Below are positions 57,147 through 64,000 of a stretch of 64,000 nt of DNA, piece by piece. Source of the DNA: Sideroxydans sp. (GTDB taxonomy: Bacteria > Pseudomonadota > Gammaproteobacteria > Burkholderiales > Gallionellaceae). The stretch covers positions 31,085 through 95,084 of the forward strand of contig JBAYIG010000002.1 in NCBI GenBank assembly GCA_041665725.1. Reading direction: 5' to 3'. The notes under the pieces are model-generated. The model was not told where the DNA came from and searched no databases. It worked only from the letters and a program-made list of their open reading frames with translations. Both the position numbers and the translations under genes were made by a program. Every line of letters starts with the position of its first letter. The first letter of the stretch is position 1.

Positions 57147-57929
57147 CTAATCAGAATCGGCAGGGGGCATAGTCTGAGTCATCACTCGCCCTATCAATTT
57201 TCCAGAGTGGTAAACACGCAACTCCCCCGCTTCGAAGGCCGTCCACTTTCCATTTTTATCCAGAGATTCGGTTGCGATCAGAACGTTATTGCTAGTATCA
57301 AGTGAACCATCTGGGCGGTCTGAGCTTGAGTGTTCCAGATAATGCAATCGGTCATGTCCGTAGGCGATCAGGTGCTCCCCGTCCGACATCAGGAAATTGA
57401 ACTTGCCGAGCGAGGCAACCAAGCCGCTCACCACCGCCAGATTTTCAAACCAGGTGGAGGGTGCAGCGGAAGGCAAGCTATGAAAATGCTGAGCGATACT
57501 ATCGAGGAGATGGCAGAAGGCATATTCAGAGTCCGTTCTGCCGGCAGGGCAGCAGACCAAGTTGTTGCTGGATAATTCTATTTCCACGATGTCCGGCACC
57601 ATGCCGTTGTGGGCGAACACCCATTCCTTGCCGCAGCACACGCGCTGGAACGGATGGGTATTACTCATATCGATGACAGGAGGAAAGCTCGCCTTGCGCA
57701 CATGCGCGATAACCAAACTTGAGCGTGTGCTTCCGCATAGCTGTGCAAATAGCGTGCTCTGGTGCGCAGGCGTCGGCTCCTTGGCAAGGCGAAACGTGCC
57801 GTTCTCCTGCCAAGCGAGTCCCCAACCGTCAGGGTTATCTGCGGCATGGCCGCCATGCATGCGAAACTCGTTGAGCTCTTGGCTGACATCTACAGGGTAG
57901 TCGGACGATATTCCAAAGAGCTCACACAT
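57147..57929 (-). CDS. Class II (Ntn) glutamine amidotransferase, YafJ/EgtC-like
   Basis: Starts MCELFG (Cys2 nucleophile after Met removal), then NPDGWGLAW, AHVRKAS, PFQR, FAHNG. The 14-codon upstream extension is rejected. Confidence 0.8.
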   Translation of the reverse strand: MCELFGISSDYPVDVSQELNEFRMHGGHAADNPDGWGLAWQENGTFRLAKEPTPAHQSTLFAQLCGSTRSSLVIAHVRKASFPPVIDMSNTHPFQRVCCGKEWVFAHNGMVPDIVEIELSSNNLVCCPAGRTDSEYAFCHLLDSIAQHFHSLPSAAPSTWFENLAVVSGLVASLGKFNFLMSDGEHLIAYGHDRLHYLEHSSSDRPDGSLDTSNNVLIATESLDKNGKWTAFEAGELRVYHSGKLIGRVMTQTMPPADSD

Positions 57930-57939
57930 CGGTCTTCCC

Positions 57940-59067
57940 CTATCGATATTTACGCAGATACCAAGACTCAAAGAACGATTTAGCGTGATGCATCAGACTG
58001 AGCGGAGGTAAAGATAACTCTCCATCAAGCGTGCGTCGCACCATCATGCCAGCATCAAGGCTATCGACGATGCACAGCAACTCCACTTTGAAAGTCTGTT
58101 GTGGTTTTCCGCCAGCCAATTCTGTCAGCAGATTGGCTGCGGCCGTCTCGCCTTGCAGATCGGCCATGTGTGCCTGTTTGGGCATCCAGTCCGGGCCGGG
58201 AAAACTGCCGGAGTCACCGACGACATAGGTCGCTGCAAAACCTTCGACACAACACTTGGCATCGGCCTTGATGAGTCCTCCCGCTGAACGCGGCAGGCTG
58301 GTCTGGTCGAACCATGCATTGCCGGTCAGGCCGGGCATGAAGATGATGAGGTCAGCGGCGAACTCGCCGCCTTCGGTCTTCACTTTATCTGCCTCGAAGC
58401 CGACCAGTTTATTGCCGAGTTGTTTCTTGATACCGCGCTTGTCCATCTCCGCCATCAGGCGTTGTACCGCACGCTCACCGAGGCGATTGCCGGGATTGGG
58501 CATGGGGTTGAAGAAGGTGAGACCGATCTTGTCGCGGCGCCCTTCGCGGCGCAATTGTGTATCCAGTCCGAACAGGAATTCAAAGATGGGGCCTCCGCGC
58601 ATGGCGGTCGGCTCGTTTGGATTGCCCGCGAACCCCAGTGCGATGTTGCCTTGCTTGAGTGCTGCCACGCGCTCACGGATCTGCTCTGCGGCAGCGATGC
58701 CTTCGCACGGCAGGATGGCATGCTCGATGCCGGGCAACTTCTTGATGAAGCGCCCACCGCTGGCGATGATGAGACCGTCGTTCTCCACCTTGCCGTTGTT
58801 GGTCAGCACGCTACGTCCGCAGTTCTCCAAGCCGGTCGCTTCGCCCGCAAAGAAGCGGATGCGTTGTTCGTTCAGGAAGCGGTCGAGCGGGATACGCAAG
58901 TCCTCCGCCTTACGTTTGCCGGAAGGTATCCAGATCAAGCTGGGTAGAAAGATGTGTTCCGCTTTGGGCGCGATGAGGGTGATCTCGACACCCGCATCGA
59001 GTTGGCGCAATTTACGCGCCGCAGACAGCGCGGCAAAACCCGCACCGATGATGGAAATCTGTTTCAT
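57940..59067 (-). CDS. FAD-dependent pyridine-nucleotide-disulfide oxidoreductase, sulfide:quinone oxidoreductase/NDH-2-like
   Basis: MKQISIIGAGFAALSAARKL (GxGxxA dinucleotide fold), second Rossmann segment IALGFAG, GDSG near the C-terminus. 375 aa. ATGA overlap with the MFS gene. Confidence 0.75.
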   Translation of the reverse strand: MKQISIIGAGFAALSAARKLRQLDAGVEITLIAPKAEHIFLPSLIWIPSGKRKAEDLRIPLDRFLNEQRIRFFAGEATGLENCGRSVLTNNGKVENDGLIIASGGRFIKKLPGIEHAILPCEGIAAAEQIRERVAALKQGNIALGFAGNPNEPTAMRGGPIFEFLFGLDTQLRREGRRDKIGLTFFNPMPNPGNRLGERAVQRLMAEMDKRGIKKQLGNKLVGFEADKVKTEGGEFAADLIIFMPGLTGNAWFDQTSLPRSAGGLIKADAKCCVEGFAATYVVGDSGSFPGPDWMPKQAHMADLQGETAAANLLTELAGGKPQQTFKVELLCIVDSLDAGMMVRRTLDGELSLPPLSLMHHAKSFFESWYLRKYR

Positions 59068-60371
59068 GCTTTAACTCCTGATGATTGCGGATTGATACGC
59101 GGATGCGTCTCAGCACCGAACAGCCAAAGTATAGCCCCCGATATGAACATCGAGATCGCCACGAACCAGAACGCCGCATCGACCGAGCCGCTGAAATGCG
59201 CGGCGATACCCAGTCCGAGTGCGCCGATGCCGTAGCCGAGGTCACGCCAAAAGCGGTAGATACCGATGGCCGAGCCACGCCAGTTGGGGTGAGAGATGTC
59301 GGCGATCGCTGCCGAAAGGTTCGGATACAGCAGCGCCATGCCAAAACCAGAAACGGCAGCGGACAGCGACCACCATGCCATGCCTTCACCCATCAACATC
59401 AGCGCCACGCCCGCACCACAGACCCACATGCCAAGCACGTTTGGGATGTGGCGGCCGATGTGGTCGGAGAGTTTGCCGGTGAAAAATTGCGAACCTCCCC
59501 ACACGAATCCATACACACCAACGATCCAGCCGATGTCGGGCAGGCTGATGCCTCGCTGGTAAAGAAACACAGGATAGAACACCCACACCAGTGCATCGAC
59601 GAACTTCTCCACCAGTCCGGCCTGGCTGATGGCGGCGAGACGTTTGTCGCGCCACGACACCAGCGTGAACACTTCCCACGTCGTTGGCTGTGCACTGATG
59701 TTGGTCGGGTAGCGCGCCAGCGGCCCCGTGTTGATGCCCGCTTTATGTTTTGCAGCCTCACTCTTCGCCCACGGCAGCGTGTCCTTGACCCACAACAGGG
59801 TGAGCAACATGGCCAGCAAGATCGTCGTCATACCGAACAGCAGCAGCCCACTGCGCGGCCCAAGCATGGTCGCTAGGTAAGCGGTGATGATGCCCGCCAG
59901 CGCCAGCCCGACATAGCCGGAGAATTCATTGAGGCCGATGGTGAGGCCGCGCTGGTCGGCGCGCGTGATGTCCAGCTTTGAGGTCTGCGTCATCGACCAG
60001 GTCAGTCCCTGATTGATACCGAGCAGCACCGTCGCCGCCACGATCCAACTCCACGAAGGCGCAAAATAGACCAGCAAGGGAATGGGCAGTGCCGCAGCCC
60101 AACCTAGCAGTAATACCTTCTTGCGACCGATGCGCTCAGACAAGCGTCCTGCCACGAAATTGAGCGTGCCTTTGACCAAGCCGAACGCCACCACGAACGC
60201 GGTGAGCAACATGAAGGAGTTCTTCGGCACACCGAATTCAGATTCGGAAAGTGCGGGCACCACGGTGCGCATCATGCCGATGGTGAAACCCACCAGCATG
60301 ACTTGCAGCAGTTGATGCAGGAACTGGGCTAGGTTAGCGCGGATGCCGTGGGTCAAATCGCCCTGCATCAT
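59064..60371 (-). CDS. MFS transporter
   Basis: About 12 TM segments. GRLSERIGRKKVLL-type motif A between TM2 and TM3. The ATG overlaps the MBL TGA by 1 nt. Confidence 0.85.
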   Translation of the reverse strand: MMQGDLTHGIRANLAQFLHQLLQVMLVGFTIGMMRTVVPALSESEFGVPKNSFMLLTAFVVAFGLVKGTLNFVAGRLSERIGRKKVLLLGWAAALPIPLLVYFAPSWSWIVAATVLLGINQGLTWSMTQTSKLDITRADQRGLTIGLNEFSGYVGLALAGIITAYLATMLGPRSGLLLFGMTTILLAMLLTLLWVKDTLPWAKSEAAKHKAGINTGPLARYPTNISAQPTTWEVFTLVSWRDKRLAAISQAGLVEKFVDALVWVFYPVFLYQRGISLPDIGWIVGVYGFVWGGSQFFTGKLSDHIGRHIPNVLGMWVCGAGVALMLMGEGMAWWSLSAAVSGFGMALLYPNLSAAIADISHPNWRGSAIGIYRFWRDLGYGIGALGLGIAAHFSGSVDAAFWFVAISMFISGAILWLFGAETHPRINPQSSGVKA

Positions 60372-61102
60372 CAACCTGCCAAGTTCGCAGCGACCATCTT
60401 GTCCATCTCAGCTGGGCGCGGCGGGATTTCCTTTAGCAGATTTTCCACGAAGGCATCCTTGCTCATAGACAGTGCCTGATTCCAATGCTTCTCGAATCCG
60501 ATGGTCGAACTGGGTTTGCCGGACAATCCCGCACCGCAAACGCTACCTGCCTGATGTCCCGGGAATATCTCAACCTCATTGGACAGATGCAACAGCTTGG
60601 AATGGATGCTGTCGTAGAGTTGTGCGGACATTTCCTTCTCGCGCCCCAGCAGGTCGGGACGACCGATCGATCCAACGAATAAGGTATCACCGGTAAGAAC
60701 GAACCAAGGCAACTCCCCGCGACGCATGTCGGTCACCAACAGACAGATGCTGTCAGGCGTATGGCCGGGGGTGTGTAATACCTCGACATTGACGTTGCCT
60801 AGATTGAGCGATTGACCGTCGACCAAAGATTCAAAGTCGAATTTCACGCGACCTTTATTCGATTCGTGCAAGCAATAAGGCGCTCCAACCATCTGCGCCA
60901 GCTTTCTGCCGCCGGAATAATGGTCGGCATGAACGTGGGTGTCGATGACGTAATTGATGGTGACACCCGCTTTATTCGCTTCCTCGATGTACCACACCTC
61001 ATCACCCGCGACCACATCCACCGCCATGGATTTGCCCTTGGTGCCACAGCCGAAGAAATACGAAAGTGAAGACTCTTTTGTGGGTAGTTGTTTGAAGAAC
61101 AT
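60371..61102 (-). CDS. MBL-fold metallo-hydrolase (persulfide dioxygenase / Blh-like)
   Basis: VIDTHVHADHYSGG (HxHxDH), HTPGHTPDS, TGDTLF. Start at MFFKQL (ATG 61102, SD GGGAG). The longer track ORF is rejected. Confidence 0.85.
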   Translation of the reverse strand: MFFKQLPTKESSLSYFFGCGTKGKSMAVDVVAGDEVWYIEEANKAGVTINYVIDTHVHADHYSGGRKLAQMVGAPYCLHESNKGRVKFDFESLVDGQSLNLGNVNVEVLHTPGHTPDSICLLVTDMRRGELPWFVLTGDTLFVGSIGRPDLLGREKEMSAQLYDSIHSKLLHLSNEVEIFPGHQAGSVCGAGLSGKPSSTIGFEKHWNQALSMSKDAFVENLLKEIPPRPAEMDKMVAANLAG

Positions 61103-61130
61103 TGCTCGCTCCCTAGTTATCAGTTGATTG

Positions 61131-61481
61131 TTAAAACACCAGAACCTTGTCAGCCCACACCGTCCACTCCGCCAATTCGGCCAAGGTGCTGCGGTGCGTC
61201 TTGTCGGCAATATCGCTTTCACCCATACCACGCGCATCCATGCAGGTGCCGCAGATGCCGACCTCTCCACCGTGGCGAACCACATTGCCGATCATCGTTT
61301 CGACGTTGTAGAAACCCGGTGGCACTTTTTGGTTGCGGTGTGCCGACGAAGCTCCGTCGCCAATCAAAAATATGCGTACTGCATTGCCTTCCATTTTGGA
61401 AACGGCACCCGCCAAACGTAGGCCGTTATAGGTGCGCTCGCTTCCGTATGGGCCATCGTTGAGGATATAAAGGTGATTCAT
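61131..61481 (-). CDS. DsrE/TusD-family sulfur-carrier-like protein
   Basis: 116 aa. MNHLYILNDGPYGSER..., VRIFLIGDG, conserved Cys loop ICGTCMDARG. SD AAGGAGG. Confidence 0.8.
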   Translation of the reverse strand: MNHLYILNDGPYGSERTYNGLRLAGAVSKMEGNAVRIFLIGDGASSAHRNQKVPPGFYNVETMIGNVVRHGGEVGICGTCMDARGMGESDIADKTHRSTLAELAEWTVWADKVLVF

Positions 61482-61498
61482 GGCGACCTCCTTGGTTG

Positions 61499-61530
61499 TT
61501 ATTCATTCTAGTATTTGCTGGAATGATTAA
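61499..61530. promoter_or_regulatory. Candidate ArsR-type operator in the divergent promoter region
   Basis: TTATTCATTC (61499-61508), 12-nt spacer, GAATGATTAA (61521-61530). The arms are 9/10 complementary. Located 18 nt upstream of the dsrE-like ATG. Confidence 0.4.
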
Positions 61531-61603
61531 GCCCCATCTGTCATTTCATGTCAAGATAATCTATAGTGCATGGCATACGCTCCAGCCAATGATGGATTAA
61601 CAA

Positions 61604-62254
61604 ATGAAAGACGCGCGCAAGATCAAAGACCTGTTGTATGAGCAGGTGTCACGGATAGGCAAAGTATTCTCCAGCCCCAAGCGGTTGGAACTGATCGAAC
61701 TGCTTTGTCAGGGAGAGAAGACAGTTGAGATGTTGGCGAGCGAAGCCTCGATCAGTGTGAAACTGACCAGTTCGCATTTGCGCGAGTTGCGCATGGCACA
61801 TCTAGTAGAGACCGAGCGACAGGGCAAGAACATCTATTACCGCCTTGCCAATAAATCGGTGGCCGACTTATGGGTGCAGATCCATACTCTAGCCGAAGAC
61901 CGATTGATCGAGCTGCAACTGGCATTACAGAAGATCGCCACACGACCCGATGATCTGGTGCCGAGTGACCGCGAGAACCTGATGAAGGCTGCGCGCAAAG
62001 GAGAGGTGGTGGTTCTCGATGTCAGACCCAGCGAGGAATATTTGAATACGCATCTGCCGTTCGCTCGCTCCATCCCTCTAGATGAACTACGCCAGCGATT
62101 ATCGGAATTGCCGAAAGACCGTGCGATCGTCGCCTACTGTCGCGGACCATACTGCCTGATGGCCATCGATGCTGTGACGCTGCTCAAGCAAGAGGGGTAT
62201 TCAGCCGTTCATTTGCGGGACGGTGTGGCTGAATGGGCTAGCACGCGCACCTAA
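61604..62254 (+). CDS. ArsR/SmtB-family regulator fused to a rhodanese domain
   Basis: N-terminal SSPKRLELIELLCQGEKTVEMLA...AHLVETERQGKNIYYRL (ArsR wHTH). C-terminal VLDVRPSEEY...AYCRGPYC (rhodanese active-site loop). Confidence 0.85.
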   Translation: MKDARKIKDLLYEQVSRIGKVFSSPKRLELIELLCQGEKTVEMLASEASISVKLTSSHLRELRMAHLVETERQGKNIYYRLANKSVADLWVQIHTLAEDRLIELQLALQKIATRPDDLVPSDRENLMKAARKGEVVVLDVRPSEEYLNTHLPFARSIPLDELRQRLSELPKDRAIVAYCRGPYCLMAIDAVTLLKQEGYSAVHLRDGVAEWASTRT

Positions 62255-62302
62255 CTTTCAAGCGATATTTTTCACTCGCCCATCAAGAAGCTGACCTGAC
62301 AC

Positions 62303-63400
62303 TCACGCATTCCCGATCCCGCGCGTCGGCAGATTGATCTGCTTGGCAAAGTCGAGCATGCGTTGTATGGGCTTCACTGCGCGCGGGATGATGTTCGCGT
62401 CGATGTGTATCTCGTTGTGTCCGCGCTCTAACACTTCCGCCAGATTGATCAATCCATTCATCGCCATCCACGGGCAGTGACTGCAACTCTTGCAGTTCGC
62501 ACCATTGCCCGCTGTGGGCGCTTCGATGAAGGTTTTGTGCGGACACAGCGTACGCATCTTGTGCAGGATGCCATTGTCGGTAGCGACGATGAACACGTTG
62601 GCATCCAAGGTCTGTGCCGCCTTGATGAGCTGCGATGTGGAACCCACGACATCCGCCAGCTTGACGATGGCGCGTGGCGATTCTGGATGCACCAATACTT
62701 TGGCGAGTGGATGCTGCGCCTTCAACTCGATCAATTCTTTGGATTTGTATTCGTCATGCACGATGCATGAGCCTTGCCATAGCAACATGTCGGCCCCCGT
62801 CTGCTCTTGGATGTAATTACCTAGATGACGATCAGGCGCCCACAATATCTTCTCACCGCGTTCCTTCAGATGCTTGACGATGGGTAAAGCGATGGAACTG
62901 GTCACCATCCAATCGGCGCGAGCCTTCACGGCGGCGCTAGTGTTGGCATACACGACGACGGTGCGATCAGGATGTGCGTCGCAGAAAGCAGTGAACTCGT
63001 CATCTGGACACCCCAAGTCGAGCGAACATTCCGCCTCAAGGTCGGGCATCAGCACGCGCTTCTCAGGGTTCAATATCTTCGCGGTCTCGCCCATGAAGCG
63101 CACACCGGCGACGACGATGGTCTTAGCAGGATGACGATGGCCGAAGTTGGCCATATCGAGTGAGTCTGAAACGATGCCGCCTGTTTCTTCTGCGAGGTCT
63201 TGCAGGTCAGGATGTACGTAGTAATGCGACACCAGCACTGCGTCCTGCTCTTTCAGCATGCGCTTGATACGTTCGATCAACTCGGCCTTCTCACCAGCCT
63301 CGGGTTCGCGCGGCTTCTTCGCCCAGGCATGGGCGGTGCTGCAACTCGCTTGCGCAGTGTCGGGGTGGTCGTAGTCGATGGTGATGATGATGTTAGACAT
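62303..63400 (-). CDS. nadA: Quinolinate synthase
   Basis: [39 protein letters not shown], and a C-terminal [11 protein letters not shown] motif. Start at MSNIII (ATG 63400). Confidence 0.92.
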   Translation of the reverse strand: MSNIIITIDYDHPDTAQASCSTAHAWAKKPREPEAGEKAELIERIKRMLKEQDAVLVSHYYVHPDLQDLAEETGGIVSDSLDMANFGHRHPAKTIVVAGVRFMGETAKILNPEKRVLMPDLEAECSLDLGCPDDEFTAFCDAHPDRTVVVYANTSAAVKARADWMVTSSIALPIVKHLKERGEKILWAPDRHLGNYIQEQTGADMLLWQGSCIVHDEYKSKELIELKAQHPLAKVLVHPESPRAIVKLADVVGSTSQLIKAAQTLDANVFIVATDNGILHKMRTLCPHKTFIEAPTAGNGANCKSCSHCPWMAMNGLINLAEVLERGHNEIHIDANIIPRAVKPIQRMLDFAKQINLPTRGIGNA

Positions 63401-63842
63401 GCTGGATTCTTTCTGGCAGTTGCAGTATCGCCTCACGATTGCTGGGCGAGAAGACTTTATCTGCTGCCTCTAGGTAAGGCAACCATTGATAGTTCAGATG
63501 TTCGCGCGGAGAGATTCGGATAGGCATCGGCTGCGGTAGTTGCAGGCCAAACACATGCTCTGTGTTCTGAGTGACGCCTTCAGGGTAACGATGGCGCCAG
63601 TGCGGATAGATCTCGTAACTATTTTGCCACTGCCAATCGGTGAGATCGAACTGCGTTGCATCCAAGCCAGTCTCTTCTGATGCCTCGCGGATGGCAGTCT
63701 CGCGTAAGATCTCGACACCATCACGACTACCCGTCACTGATTGCCAATAATCGGGATGGTCGGCACGTTCCAGCAGGAGCACTTCAAGTGCGGAGGTGTA
63801 AATGACAACCAGTACGGAGATTGGCTGTTTGTCTCTTGGCAT
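63393..63842 (-). CDS. nudB: NUDIX hydrolase (dihydroneopterin triphosphate pyrophosphatase-like)
   Basis: Nudix box [23 protein letters not shown]. Start at [13 protein letters not shown] (ATG 63842) overlaps the upstream TGA. 8-nt overlap with nadA. Confidence 0.75.
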   Translation of the reverse strand: MPRDKQPISVLVVIYTSALEVLLLERADHPDYWQSVTGSRDGVEILRETAIREASEETGLDATQFDLTDWQWQNSYEIYPHWRHRYPEGVTQNTEHVFGLQLPQPMPIRISPREHLNYQWLPYLEAADKVFSPSNREAILQLPERIQHV

Positions 63843-64000
63843 CAAGCGAAGAAGACCCAGAAAGGTTTGCCTTGCATCCGCCAAAAATCGACGGTGGCAT
63901 TGAGGATATCGTCCAAGATGGCTTCGCCCGTATGCTCACCGCGTAGCAGTAAGACATAACCCGGTGCCTTGTTCCAGGAGAGGTCGCCGAGCGCATCGGC
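63842..64000 (-). CDS. 3' end of an unidentified gene running off the window
   Basis: The minus frame is open from nt 64000 (ADALGDLSWNKAPGYVLLLRGEHTGEAILDDILNATVDFWRMQGKPFWVFFA*), with TGA at 63844-63842 overlapping the NUDIX ATG. Not in the ORF track because it has no start in the window. Confidence 0.5.
   Translation of the reverse strand, partial: ADALGDLSWNKAPGYVLLLRGEHTGEAILDDILNATVDFWRMQGKPFWVFFA

Noticed and set aside
63784-63996. 70-aa minus-strand ORF at the window end.
   Set aside because: A different minus frame is open all the way to nt 64000 and ends in a TGA that overlaps the NUDIX ATG (operon-style coupling). That frame is the more credible coding frame.

Overview
This 64 kb window looks like a chromosomal segment of a proteobacterium. 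The gene order is betaproteobacterial (murJ next to rpsT, rplU-rpmA-obg-proB, argD-argF-argG). That taxonomic placement is inference only. Most of the window is tightly packed housekeeping DNA with G+C near 55-60 % in hand-counted sample lines. It contains:
- a truncated acyl-CoA synthetase;
- a complete assimilatory sulfate-reduction cluster (tauE-like, small ORF, cysI, DUF934, cysH, cysD, cysN) with divergent cysB;
- ccoG, a MocR regulator, murJ followed by an LRR-kinase fusion, and two tandem DUF3579 genes;
- rpsT, arginine biosynthesis genes, ppnP, yajQ, trxA, rho, rplU-rpmA-obg-proB;
- an arsR-arsC-acr3 operon, tamA-tamB, pbpG, an ABCB-type exporter, clsB with its EEP partner, and a solute-binding-protein/hybrid-kinase pair;
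- nadA and a NUDIX gene.

Three regions are not ordinary:
1. 1.5-3.65 kb is a low-GC islet with an XRE-type HTH gene, an unknown secreted protein and a TATAG repeat cluster.
2. 48.55-55.37 kb is a low-GC signalling island. It holds a duplicated REC plus PAS-kinase module (one copy reduced to a histidine-less PAS-DHp stub), an HTH-REC regulator, a split HDOD module, an IHF-beta-like gene and a Cys4 mini-protein. It ends in ankyrin-repeat gene debris.
3. 55.37-62.25 kb is a seven-gene sulfur-trafficking operon (DsrE, MBL, MFS, SQR-like flavoprotein, class II amidotransferase, cysteine desulfurase, CDF exporter) divergent from an ArsR-rhodanese fusion regulator.

I found no rRNA, tRNA, CRISPR array, transposase or integrase. 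All calls rest on reading motifs by eye. No database search was run.
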